Source: Thalia democratica (taxonomy: Eukaryota). Taken from it: a stretch of DNA of 64,000 nucleotides. Shown here piece after piece: positions 13,920 to 27,600 of this stretch. Under the pieces are notes generated by a model, which saw only the letters and a program-made list of their open reading frames with translations, was not told the origin of the DNA and did no database searches. Each line of letters opens with the position of its first letter. Position 1 is the first letter of the stretch. The stretch is from positions 48,298,001-48,362,000 of the forward strand of contig OZ241827.1 in NCBI GenBank assembly GCA_965202585.1, in the 5' to 3' direction. Made by a program: the position numbers and the translations under genes.

Positions 13920-14480
13920 TCATAAATCTTGAACTTTTTAAAATTTTGTTTCTACAAAATTTTCCTAATATACCAAGATAAATTTCCTGAAAGTTTGAGG
14001 CGATTATCCCAAAAAATTGTAGGACAAAATTAGTTTTTTATGATTTCTATTTATTTGCTGTTTTAGTTTTTGCCTCCCTTGAGGAACCTATTATACTCTC
14101 TAACTTTAACCGGCTATATCTCAAAAGTTATCCAGAGTTTTCCAAATATGTAAAAAGATTCTTGCACCTAAGTTAAAATTCTACAAAACAAAATTAAATT
14201 GTACAAAAGTGATTAACTCCCTATGCCTTTAAATATCACTCATACACTTTTGTGAAAAAAAAAAATGGTTAGAAAATTAAGGAGAATATGAATTTCTAGT
14301 GAATTAGTCTTTTAATGCTTTTTTGGTTTTGCCTTTTATTAGGAACATTTTGAGCTCACCGAATTTGGTTGCTTATATCTTTGTAAAGTTATTTTATTTT
14401 TTTAAGACTAAAAAGGTCTGATAGATTTATTAAAGTTCTATAGGATCGACTTGTAAAAAATAAGGTTGATGCCTATGCCC
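13920..14480 (+). mobile_element. Two tandem partial Kolobok-like MITE ends
   Basis: Family-typical internal motif GCCTCCC..GAGGAACCTATT, with right ends CCCTATGCC(T)TTAA at about 14229 and CCTATGCCC|TTAA at 14480. Confidence 0.55.
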
Positions 14481-14859
14481 TTAATTTTGTCGTCCAAATG
14501 CAGCAGAAGGTTTTTTGGAACAGTCCCTTTTTGCTTAATAGTGGAAGAAGCTTCTTTAGTTATCTATTAAAATGTTTTTTAATATATGCAATAACTAAAA
14601 TTGACAGAATATATTTTTATACCACCACTATATATTAAAACAGCAACTATTATTGATAAATCAGCTTGACTGATATTATTTATTTTTACAGCTCTAACTT
14701 TAAAGAAAATCAAAAGTTAAAATTAGCTGTATACCTTTTTGATAGCACGCTTGTGCAATTGTTGCTCAGCTAATGATGGAACATCCAAATCTTAATTGCA
14801 AGAAAAACTAAGAGGTGTATTAGAACAATCTTGAGTTTCTGTCACTGATTGGTTGGTTC

Positions 14860-15300
14860 TTAGATTTTTTGCCTATATTTTCCTTATGTTTCATCATTTT
14901 TCTGATGTTTGTTTTGTCTAAAGCAGCATAAGTAGCTACTTAGTCAGTTTTCATGCTTTCAAGATACTGCAAGTCAGTTTCAATGGTGTTTTATCTTTTT
15001 GGGATAGAAAAGATTGTAGAAGTTTTTACTTGTTCATGTTCTTAACAGTACCTCTAGGCCATAAGTGCATGGTATATTTGCCTTTATTACCTTTGTATTT
15101 AAATGCTGACAACTTGTTCAGAGCAGTACTAGACTTTTCTTAATAAACAATTTTGTTAACATCATGTTTTGCAGAACTTTTGTGGTTTTTTCCTTATTTT
15201 TTCACCTACTAGTTTTTTTCCTATTTGATTTATAACAAAGCAGTACTTCCAAGGAAATTGGCAGTCTGCTACCATTTATATTTAAGTAAGATGGACCTGG
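14860..15300 (-). mobile_element. Decayed hAT-type (hATm-like) transposase N-terminal fragment
   Basis: Across frameshifts and stops it reads INGSRLPISLEVLLCY...SSAKHDVNKIVY*EKS...MHLWPRG...TDLQYLESMKTD*VATYAALDK, which resembles recalled hATm-type transposase N-termini (GSxLP..VL; YL.SM.TDR.A...D). Confidence 0.45.
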
Positions 15301-17459
15301 TGACTTGGGAACTGGCCAGAAAAGCACGGCGTCAGTTTAGCTTAAAGTGACATTTTAGCATGGAATTTATTTATTTTTTTTTTCTCTGCTTAAATAAAAT
15401 CTGTACTACTGTGTTTAAAAATCTAAAAATAAACCATGCAGCATGTAAACTAAAAGTAAACAAGCTCTAGATGTGTTACAAGTTTTTGCTTTAATTAAAA
15501 CTAAAATGAAGTATGTTCAGAAACTTTATTAATTTATTTTACTATGTAATTAAAAAAAAAAAAAATTTTTTATTCATATTTTTGACATAAAACAATTTTT
15601 ATAAAAAACCTACCAATATATACAAGCTCTAGATTGTTTCTTGAAACTTTTTTATAGTGTAACTTTTAGTGTAAATTTTAAATATTATGTAAGATATATA
15701 GAGATTAATAAATATTGATAAACAATTTACCTTTTTTTTTTACAGGCTCTAATAACTTTATAGCCTATTAAAAATTTACTTGTTTCATTTCAAATATAGT
15801 TAGCTATAAATATCATAATACAAAAAAGTCTTTGTGCATATTTGACACTTTGTGCAAAAGTGTCTTCGTGAATTTTTGACCTCATCAAAAGAGTTAGAAC
15901 TAATTCTCGCATATATTTGTCAGTTAACTTGATAATTATTTACTTAAGTAATTGAGCATCATTTAAATGAATATTTTAAAAGATCTAAAATTACTCTGTG
16001 CTTAAGTGAGGCTGTTCTTTTCTGACACCTACCCAGGACTAACCATACAAACTTTGATATGTATCCTAGGTGGAACTTATCTTTATCAAATAATAATAAT
16101 ATTACTAGCAGTCTATAATATTTTTTTAACTCAACTAGACTAAAATTAAAACTAATTAGCTGACTTTAAACAAAACATCTGTAAATATTGTTTTTGTTTT
16201 AAAGGAAATTATGTTAAAACGATAAAAGGACTTAACAAAATAAAAGCACTACAACTGAAAATATATTTGAATTTTGTTCAACTAGCTGCTGTACTGATTA
16301 TACTTGCACTTACTATTTAAGATCTAAATAAATATTTATTTTATTGGCCTAGTTTTCTTACTTCATTTTTGCAAGACAATTTTATTCAATTCGATATTCA
16401 ACAAAATGGAAAACTTGCACACAAGTAAGACAAAATTAATTAAATGATAAACTTATTTGGGAGATAAAACTGTATAATTTCCACTGTTTTAGTTTGCTTC
16501 TTCCCTAAGAAGCTAGTTGAATTTTCCAAGTTTTACAAACTGAAGCAAACTTGTATAAAAATTATAATATATGAAAACAACCCTCTGTTGTTCAGCGTAT
16601 AAAAATACAGATAAAAGCAAAATTTTCAAATGTTTTCAATTAAATTAGCATATTTTTGGTAAAAGCTAGGAAGCTAATTATTTTTGTTTAGCTTATTTAC
16701 ATGATTTCCCACACTAAAAAAAATTATTTTTTACTATAAAACTCTAGGTCCATGCAACAGATGCACCTTAGTTTCCATTAAATATAGCATGGAGCTTAAT
16801 TTATATCTCTGATGAGTGTAAAACATACTATAAAAGCTTAGTCTTTTTATTTTTCTAAAAACAGTTTTATATTGAAAAATTATTTAATTAATAGTACATT
16901 ATAGAAAAGAAAATTACAAAAGAGTTGGTACCAATATATAAATACATTGTAATTAAGTACTACAAAGAAAATTAAACATTACTATCAAAATTAGTTATCT
17001 ATATGTTGAGGTTGAAAAATTTAACAATATCAAAGAGGCACAAAGAACAGTCAATTTTGAATTTATTTCAATGATTTCTTTTTTATTTATTAAATTAAAA
17101 ACTTAAGTATGATGATGAAAGCAATACAAAAAGTTTGTTTTGTTCCTTGCATATCTTTTGCAGCTGTTGCAAAGAAAATGTCATGCCAGATTTAAAATTA
17201 AGGTCAATAAGTTTGTATTTGAAACTTTTTACATAAATGTCTGTAACTTTTAAGTTAATTAAAATGTATACGTTCTAAAACAACTGAATTATAGTTTGTA
17301 CTTTTAGCTTTCATATAAGAACTAATGTTAAATTTTGTAGAAAGGTTTTTACTCCTCTATGCCCCTAATATTGATAAATATAATTATAAGTTAAAAACCT
17401 AATAAATTGTTGTACTATTTTTTTCGATTAAATTTCAAAAACAAATTTTTCTATTTTAA

Positions 17460-18544
17460 GGGCATATGGGGTGGAGGTTCAACTTTTTTTTTTACAAAAA
17501 TTAACATTAGCAATTATTTCAAAGCTTATAGTATATACTGTAAGAAACTTTTTACAGAACATTTTTTTATAGAAAATTTTAATTAACTTTTGAAGTATAA
17601 CAAGTTATGTAAAAAATTCTGATACAACCATATGGAATCAAGAACTTTTAAAATAAGAAAAATGTATTAAAAATATATATTTTCCTTCATTTTTTTAGCA
17701 TTAAAATTTTCAGGAAATGTATTTTTCAATATATTGGTTTTTGAAAAAAAAGTCAAAAAAAAATTTATGACCAAAATAAGAAAAAAAAAAAGTTTTTTGT
17801 TTATTTTAATATTGAAAAAAAGTTTCACAAAATTTAAAAAATATGTTTCCTACAAGTTGTTTAAAATTTATTAAAGATTTTTCTGAAAAAGCTTAAAAAC
17901 AATTGCTCAAAAACTGAAGGAGGAGATAAATTTTTAGTGAAATAGTCTATTTTTGCTCTTTTAGTTTGAGCCTCCCATAAAGAACCTATTGAAGGCTCTA
18001 ACTTTGATGGCTAATATCTAAAAGTAACTTTGAATTTTAACAAGCGGTAAAAAAATGGTTGCCACTTTACCTGGAATCCTGGAAAAACCTGGATTTTGAC
18101 AATTTAGGCAAAAAAAAAACTTGAAAAACCTGAAATTTAAGAAATTTTGAAAGAAACCTGGAACTTTGAACAAAAAACCTGGAATGTTTAAGAATTTTAA
18201 CATGTTCAGTAGTAACATTTCGGTTAGACTTAAAAAATTTATCATATAGATAAAAAAAATTATCATCACTAATAAAATTTTTATTAAAAAATACATTTTA
18301 AGTAGCTTTACAATATCTTTTCAATCTTTTTATACTATTGAACACAGTTTTTTACCTTAATTAACTTTACACTAAAAATAGACCCAAAAATGTGTACTTT
18401 TAAAAACCTGAAAGAAATTTGAAAAACCTGGTACAAAAATTTGAAAAAAACGAGTGGCAACCCTGTAAAAAGTAACAAGTAGCTTATTCAATTATGTAAT
18501 GAATAAGACCAAATTTAAGAAAAAGTGTTTTACCCCCTATGCCC
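17460..18544 (+). mobile_element. Kolobok-like MITE (TTAA TSD) carrying a nested MITE
   Basis: TTAA(17456-59)|GGGCATATGGGG...CCCCCTATGCCC|TTAA(18545-48). RR...YY termini with a TTAA duplication are the Kolobok signature. Confidence 0.8.
18054..18465 (+). mobile_element. CAGGGTTGCCA-family MITE with 6-bp TSD, nested in the Kolobok-like MITE
   Basis: TAAAAA|AATGGTTGCCA...TGGCAACCCTG|TAAAAA. The interior (AAAACCTGGA repeats) matches the copies in nudC introns. Confidence 0.75.
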
Positions 18545-18639
18545 TTAACTGAGTTTTATCCTAAATTTAAAGTATTTAATTTTTTGGTTTTAATATTTGT
18601 AAACCACATTTTTTAGTCTATAAAAGTACAATTTTAAAA

Positions 18640-21600
18640 ATGCTAGAATTGCCAGATGAATTGAAATTAAACTCTTCTTTGATAATGAAGATGTTTCATA
18701 CAATTCCACACATAAACTTTAAATTTGAAATTCTTGATCAAAATTACCAGTTTATGGAAGGAGATTATTTTGAGGTAAGTCTTATAAGGTATATTAAAAA
18801 AAAAACCTAACCTATTAGATGATTCCAAAAAAGACTGTTATATATTAAAAGACAGTTTTATAAATGTCATATATTAGATAAAAAGATAAAAAAGTTAACA
18901 TGTCAATCAAATTTTTTTTTTCTGTTAAAAGTTTTTGTTATTACATAACTCCCAAAAAAAAGTTTTGTTAACATAAGTTGAAGCCTAACAACTTTATTTT
19001 TTAGAATATATATTGCAATTTTAATTTTATTTATTTAGTACAATTTTATGTGTTCCTTTTTTTTTGACAGTGCCTCATCATGATATTATTTGTCCCAATA
19101 TTATTATTGCTCCTTACTATGTGTGGGCTTTTTATTTTCTACTGCTGTGTTTCTCTCTCAGGAAAGCAAAGGAATGCTAACAGCAAACCAGAAAGCTCTG
19201 CATGTTATTGCTCTGTCTGTGTATTATTTGTTTTTATCACATTAACTATGTTAGTTTATACTTAAAATGTACATTTAACTTCTAGTATTAATAACATATC
19301 ACAACCTTAAAAAATATTTTGTAATTTTTATGTCTACTTAGAAATACTAAAAGTGGTAGTTTTATTTGACACTACTTTACAGATTAAAACAATTTGGTAA
19401 TTTTTAATCATTAAACTTTTAATATTGTTAACTTTTTACTGCTGTAAGAATAAATTTTAAATTTTATGTTTGGTACTTAATTTATTTTTCAAAGCTACAC
19501 TATGAGTTTTTGTATTTTTCTTGAATAATGGTGTGTTTAATTCAAAGTAATATAACTTAAGAGCATATGGGGGAGCGTCCACCTTGATTTTTACAAGTTG
19601 ATCTTATTTTGTAGAGTTTTATCTGAGCTATCAGACCTTTTTAACTGCTTGAAAAAATTCAGAGTATTTTTTGAGATATGTTATTATATCTTTTTTAATA
19701 TTTTTACCAAAATTCAAAGTCTTTTAAACTATAAAAGGAATGTTTCCTGAAAATTTGAGGTCTCTATTTCAAAAAATGAAGAAGAAGATAGACTTTTAGT
19801 GATTTTTTTAAATTTCCAAGAAAACTGACTCCGAAAAGCTTGCGGTCCATACGTATGTATTGGAAACTTTTTATAAAAATTACAATATTGCAAAAGTTAA
19901 ATAATATTTTTTAATTCTATAAAAACTGGCTTGTAATTTGTACTTTAAGCTTTCATATAACATACAATGTTATTTTTACTAAAAATAATATATCAGACCT
20001 CCCCTATGCCCTTAATAATACTTTGATCATTCTACTTTGATAACAAATATTTTTCTAAACGGTAAGTAAAATTTAAAACAGCACTGTTGTTGGTATACTT
20101 GGGTTTTCTACCTTACAACTTTACTCTAAACAGCAAAATGTTGTTGAAGATTTACAGAATTTATCTCATACTGAAGTTTGTTTGTTATACACATAGTTAT
20201 TATAATTCTTATGTATTCTAACTTTTTTTGGGAAAAGTATTTTAATTAAAAAGTTTATTTTATTAGTAGTTTATAAAGTGTAGGTAATATTATTATCTTT
20301 CGATTTTACTATTTAATTTGAAAAACTAAATAAAAAACTTTTAATTATTCTAAATGTAAACGATATGTATTTTTTTAGTACAATTGCTTTTCTTTCGATA
20401 TTCTGCATAGGAATAAATTTGTTTCTGTTTTTAAAGTAATCACTAGAATTAGTTTTGTCATTTATGGTAATTAATACTTGTACAAATTGAATAGAGTGAC
20501 TAGAATAAAAGTTTAATTCTAAAATTTCAAAAATTATTGTTATTTTTCTGAATTGAATTCTAAAACTAAGTAATTTTTTATTAAAAATAAATAGTTTTTT
20601 ACTTGTTTAAATTTTTTATGTTTATTGAACAGAATTGGGTATATGATGGTAATAACACTGAACAATCGTTTAATAAAACACAATTTTTCAACAATTACCT
20701 CAATGACTGTTCTGAAGGATTAAATATTTTTTCTACGTATAGGTATGTGTATAAAGTTTCAAGTTATAAAGTTATATTTTTAATAAGAGGATACAGTACA
20801 ATTTATTCCTAACAGTTTTTACGGACTTCTGTCACTTGGAGGAGTCATTTTGTTTACAAGTTTGATGTCCTTGTTTTCAGTTTGCTGTAAATCAAAGTGC
20901 TTGTTGATCACGTTAGTAGATTTCTAGTTGCGAGTTTATACAAATTTCTATTTTTGTTAAGTTATTAATATTTAGAAAAATTTACGTAATTAGTAATAAA
21001 CAAAAAAAACTCTTCCTTTAATTAACTTTAAAGTGCCTAGAAGATTATTTTAATATCTCTAAAATTTCTTTTTTATAATAGTTTTTTTTTAATTTTTTGT
21101 TTGTTTTTAGTTTTTAATATTGTATTAACAAATACAATTCATTTTTGAATAATGAAATCTGAAAAATGGAAATGAATAACTTTTACAACCTCAAGTATTT
21201 TTTATTACGAAATGTTTTTTATATTTAGTTTGAAGTCACAGTTACAAGAAAGTTTTAAGTATATAACATTAAATATATTGTATAGTTAGTACAAATTCTT
21301 CAAGTATACATGCTTTAAAAGTATAAGGTAAAAAGAATATTTAGGAATAGATAAAACGAAACTATGCTTTGCATTTTGGTAATTAGAAATGTCCTATGTT
21401 TTAAAAATTTGCTTAATTTATATACAAGCAAAACCCTACTTAACTCAAAAATTAAATAAAATGTCTAATATTTTAACTAAAAATGTCATATATTTATATT
21501 TTAAGTTTTTAATTTACTCCAATTAAATTTTTCAAAACAACTTTACTTAATTTGATTATTTTTAGATATAAAATTTTTAAGCAGTATGAAAAGCAATTAT

Positions 21601-24600
21601 AGCTAGATTAAAATTGCTATAATTATGCAGAATTTTCATATAAAATAAAGAGCATTTAGGTCAGCAGAATAACGTGTTTAAAATTAGGTAATGTTGTTAT
21701 AAACCCACCTTTATTACCTTGACTTTAAACTAGAAAAGGGCAAAAAAATGCATTTAAAAAGTTAAGTTTTAAAAAATTCGAGTTGGTTTTCAACTGCGTG
21801 ATAATGGTGAAAAAAGAATTGTATAAGTGTATGTATTTAAGATCGTTTTAAAGATATAATTTACAAAATTAAACTAAACAGCATCTTTAGTATGCGATTG
21901 TATGCAAGCTTATAAATTATTTATTTAACTTTTAATGCTTATAAAAATATATAAATACTAATTTAATTGTGAAATGTTTTCTTTTGCAACTCTGGGTTGT
22001 TATCCATGCTGATTAAGGAATTTTTAAACAAATAATGATTTTTAAGTCTATATATCATGCTTATTGGCTAATATTTTGAAGTTATTTTGTTGTTAGAATT
22101 AAGAATAGTCACTTATTTGGTTTTCTACTTACTTTTTCCTTATAATTTTTTATAAGTAAAATAAGCTTCTATACAGTAAAAGTTAAGTATAACAAAAATT
22201 TATTTATATATTTTTCAAGTGATATTCCTTTCAAAATCATAGAGCGGTGCTAATTATTTAGAATATTTAATATTGGATACTTCGCAATTATTAGATAGAA
22301 TAATTGCATGTGTATAGTGTTTTGTATTAGTATATTAATTAAAACAGGGCAACATCAGTCAACTTTATATGCTTGGTCGTCGTCTATTTGTGCTTTACGT
22401 TCGAATTAACATTGAATGTGGTGAGTTGAAGTAGTTTCAAGTACTTTTTTTGCATACAAACAAACCACTTCGTAACAAGTATGTGCAATAAAAACTATTT
22501 TGAGAAATTCAATGTGTAGGTCATTTAAGAGAAAAAATTGTGGCTTTAAACACAATAGTTTATACAAATACGTACTTTATTGTTTGCTTTATGAATGTTA
22601 TACTTTTTTGATTTTCCATGAATTATATTTTCATGGATTTTATATATCTAACATAATAAGCCAATACAGTTTTCAAAAACAGAATGTTCTACTTTTATTG
22701 GCTTGTAACTTTTTCGTCAGTATCAAATTTTTATATTCTTAATTAGAACTTAATCAATTAATTATTTTTGATCGTTTTGCTTATAAATTTTGAAGTATTA
22801 AATATTCAGTTAATTAACAGTAAAAAGAAATGTGTAAAACAAATTCGTTATAAAACTTTTGAAGTGTTTTAAAAAATGAATGTTTTATTTTAGTTTGTAA
22901 ATAAATTCTAAAGATAAAATCATCCATTGATAATTTTAATGACAAAGTTAAGTGTTGTAAAAACTAAATTTATTGCGTAAAAAGTTTTTATCAACTGAAT
23001 AGTTTTTAAATGTATAAAAAGTTTATAATTAAGAAAAAAAAATTAAAACAATAAAAATGGTACTCAAATAAATTTTTTGTCAAAGCGGTGAGTATTTTAA
23101 ATAGTATAAATTTAACACGATTAAAAATAAGTTTAAAAGTTGAATTATTAGTACTTTTTTGCGTAGTAAAATATTTCTTTTATAAAACTGAATTTTTTGA
23201 AAATTCATACATTATATGTTTTATTTTTATATTATTAAAGTAACGCTTAATAATTTTTCAAAACATATTTTTTAGTTTAAAAAAAAAGATGACTTTATTA
23301 AAGGAATTATAATCAAATTAACTTTAGATTTTTTTGTTTAAACAGGGTATCGCAGACTACTGCCAGAATCCTAAAAGATCTTTAGCGAGGTTTTTGGTTG
23401 GCAGTAATTTACTAGACAGAAAGTCCGCAGCTTACCACATATTCTGCCCGTCTAACAACATCGATTCAACTTACGACAATCTATTTCCAGCAACAGTTAG
23501 TCTTTATTTTTAATTCTATCTTTTTAAATAAACTTTTGTTACTTAAAGTAGTTTTTTTAGTTTGATTAGTATATATATTTGCAACCATTTTTAACTTAGT
23601 AAAAGGATAAAACTTTCGATTATTGTTTTTTAAATCCTAGCACGAATTGAAATATTTTTTACACACTTAAATAGTTTTTGAAATATGTTTAATAACAGAA
23701 TAAAAGCCTATAATAACACACGATTTAAGCTGTCATTTTTGTTATCTTATTGGTAATATTTTAAACCTGGTTAAAAAAACAAGTTTAAAATAAGGATGGC
23801 TGCTATTATGACTTATAAACGTGAATAGATGATGTCACAATGGTATTTATCATCGTTTAAAAAGGAAAAATTTATAAAATTTTACTGGAAGTGACAATTC
23901 TCAATATTTTCTCGAATAACTTACAACACCCGTTTTATTTATACATTTTTTATTTTCTTAATTTAAAAAAAATAGTTTATTACGTAACAAAAACAATGCA
24001 ATTCTAAAGTTTGCTTAAATAATACTTTAAGTTATTTTGTTTTGTGAATGAAATTTGTACATATCTGTAACCAAACAACCTTACAACATATTGTGTTTAG
24101 GTCTTTTTACATGGTTCAGATAATATTTTAATATCTTTATATGCTATAGAACTTGTTAAAGTTATGCAATGTAGTGTTAAGCTTTTTTTTTGCATTATTC
24201 TCAAGTTACGCACTTACAATACAATTTAAAAAATTAGTTTTATTGATAGTTAAAGTTTTGGTATGCTTTAAACGCCATGCAACATTTAATCGATTAACTG
24301 TTATAAAAGTTTCTGTGTGTAACCGGAACGAAAAACTGATTAATCACTTCTATAACGTCCAATCAATTTTCAAGCAGACGGACGAGTGCTCCGATACGAG
24401 CGCGTTGTTCTATGACGTCATAGGCGAGTTGTGCGAGGAGCGGGCTCAACCCTCGCTCCTCCTCATATCGTCCCTCCTCCTGCTGGCCGTCTTCATCACA
24501 ATACTCAGCTGCGCGTCGCCCATCACGTGGAGGAGGTTCAGCAAGTTGAAGAAGAAAAGCATGAGGTTTTTTTTTTGTTATTCCATTCATCAATTATTCT

Positions 24601-27600
24601 AAAGTGTTTCATTAAATTGACACTCTTAAAGTTCGTTGTTCCAGTAGATTTTTGCTTACAAAATTTTTTTTTTTGTTCTTAAGATTGTGTTTTACTTTAC
24701 TGAATCTATATTTTTGAAAAATGTTGATTTAGATAAGATAGCTTTTATTAAACTTTTGCTACGTATTTTTTATAAGTTTAACTAAGAAAACTCTTATTTA
24801 GTTAATAAATTTCTAAAGTTTTTTAAGGTTTAAAGTTATTTACCTTTTTTTTTAACTGTTGAGATAGTTTGAAGTTATTAAATTATTTATACAAATAATT
24901 ACTATAGTAGCTAAAAAAATACTTCATTAAATTGTTATCATTTCAAGTAAATACTTTTACTAATACTTACAATTTTCTCAAGTTAAAAAAAAAGTACAAA
25001 TTATAACTATGTCCAAAATATTTTTTAGTAAAAATAGTTTTTCATTCGTTGATCAAAAATAAATTTGTTTAGGGTTTTTAAAGAAAGTATTACATCATAA
25101 AAATGCCAAAAATTTGTCAAGTATTTTCATTTGCGTTATATGAAGAGTTTGTTAAATCATTAAAATTTCGTCTGATGTAACAAATGCTTAATAATAACAG
25201 CTGCCAAAAGTCAGGATTTTAATTTAAGCCATTAATAATAGTTGAATGATTTTTTGAATAGTTTGAATGACGTTAAGTAGACATCCTGGTGGTTTTAATA
25301 ATTTCAGTTTAAATACACATTTCATTTTTGTTGTATGAAAATTTTATGATTAGATAAAAATATAAATTTTTATAGATTGATAAGTTAAATTATCAATTTT
25401 ATTTTTAAGAAACTCTCATAGATAATTTCGATAGATAATCAGTTCGAAATGCACTTAAGTACACTTTCCACAAATGAAATTAAAGTCTCAAATTCAACTT
25501 TGAAAAATATTTCCGCAATAGCTTTCAATTAATTGTTCAATTATCATACAAAGTTCTATATAATTATGTCTAAGCTATTTGAAACTTCGTTTTGTTAGAT
25601 AATTTTAAAGGTTTTGGTATAAATTGAGTTTTTTTTGTTTTGTTTAAGTTTTCAGATAAATAAAATCAATTATTTTTACGTAAAAAAAAGTAAAATGTTA
25701 AAAAACTTGAATTATTTAAATAGAAAATATTTTGTATATGGTGCCTGTAACTGTTTAACAATATAAAAACATATGTGTTAGTAACTGAAGTAATTTATCA
25801 AGTACATCAGCTCACTTAACAATCATACAAGTCATTTAACTCATGAGTTCTTTTATCAAAATCTACGTAAAGTCATAAGTTTTGAAACTATTCCAATATT
25901 CACTCGAAAAAAAAACTGTTTAAAAAACATTGGGTTTTAACAAGTTATTTATAAGTGTTTCTTTGTAATCCTTATAATTTTTATCTAAATTACCTTGTGT
26001 TGGTGTTTCTTGGAACAAAATTTATAATGGATAATAACTGAATAAACATGACGTCAAAAAAAGTAGAAATATTCGGTTGTATATAAATGTTTTTAGTACT
26101 ATATGAGTTTAGATATTTACTTTAAAGTTCAAAACCATTTCTCTCAAATACTTGATCAATATTGCCTAAAGCAATTATAAAATTGAACTTAATTCACAAT
26201 GAAATTCCTGATGAAATGTTTTGCGTACATAGATTTAAACACTGTAGTACGTACTACGTAGTAATGTTTTTAGAAAACAAGTATGTTAGTAATTTCTATA
26301 ACTGTTTAGTAGTTTGAATTTTGTCCAAATAAAGCTATTAAAAAACAGAAACTCCTGTGCGCACAATTACTTTTTGTTTTAACTAAAACTTTTACACTTT
26401 CTTTTTGAAATATGTAATTGATTTTTTTTATGAAAATTTGGCTTACTTAATAGAAAAAAAGAGAATTTTCGAAATTAGTGTATTTTTTAAGTTAGCTCTG
26501 TGTTTTATAATAATGTTGCCACACAATAATGCTTTTTTTGCAAAACTCAGACATTTTTAATCTTAGGTTAGGTCTTCAACTTGAAAGTCTTTTTCTAAAT
26601 TGGGTTTTTCCAGAAATTAAGTAATTTTAATTATATAGCTTGATTTAATTTTTTCAATTTTGGATGTTCTTTTTTTTAATTTTATCATAAACTGAAGCTG
26701 AATATCTCGTTTTTAAAAATACAAGCCTGCTACAAAAAACTATTTTTTTTTAAATCTATTTTTAACAAATTTTTTAGGTATCTCGATGACGTCATTTCCG
26801 AGGACGACGATGTCTTCCTCGCCACCGACGAACTGCTGACGTCATCGCGAAACCGACCGTCGATGACGCGCACCAACAACCCCATGTGCATACGCGACTC
26901 CACCGACGACGATCTCAACACGTCACCGATGCTGACGTCACATGCGCGTCGCCACTCGGTCGAGTTTTCTCCCAACACGAGGGGAACTTTCGAGCCGAGC
27001 GCCCCCCCGCCGCCCAACGCAGACGCGGGCGACGTCATGCTCGACGAAATTTCTGCATCGTTGGTCATCGATGATGGAGACGTCGACGAGGACGGAGAGC
27101 GACCTCCACCGGTTAGTTTTTTTCAATTAGCTATTATATGAATTAGGTCAAGTAAATAGTTAGAGAATTTAAAGACCCCACTTGTTAGTTTGTATTAGTT
27201 TTATGAAACAATTGTTTTTGATGCTTGAATTAGTTAAGTTAAGTATTTAATTGAAAGTTTTTTTGTTATTTAAATAAAACCTATAACCTTCTGTAACTAA
27301 AAATTTAAATTTCTTAATAGTAGAATATAGAACAAGTTATTTATTTACTTTTATTAAGTTGTGTCCTTAATATTTATAGCAAGTTTACTTATTTTAGTTT
27401 TACTTTACTTAGTTTTAAATATATACGAGGAAAAATTAATTTTCAATCTGTAAACTTAAAATTTGAAAACAAATAATTAAAAACTAATTTTAACAAATTA
27501 TACAGTATCATTCTTTTATTACACTAACACATGTTTCTGTGTGAAATTATATATTCCATGGAACTTGTTTTGCTAGGATATTTTGTTAACAAACGATTAA

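Noticed and set aside
18018-18296. ORFs at 18018-18296, 56069-56446, 57072-57332, 60308-60496, 61186-61446 and 61373-61585
   Set aside because: Chance frames across non-autonomous MITEs; low-complexity F/L/K/I-rich translations.
24363-27130. Overlapping and antisense ORFs at 24363-24593, 24431-24682, 26730-27068, 26886-27074, 26938-27126 and 26942-27130
   Set aside because: Shadow ORFs caused by the high GC content of Tweety exons 8 and 9; only one frame is phase-consistent with the gene.
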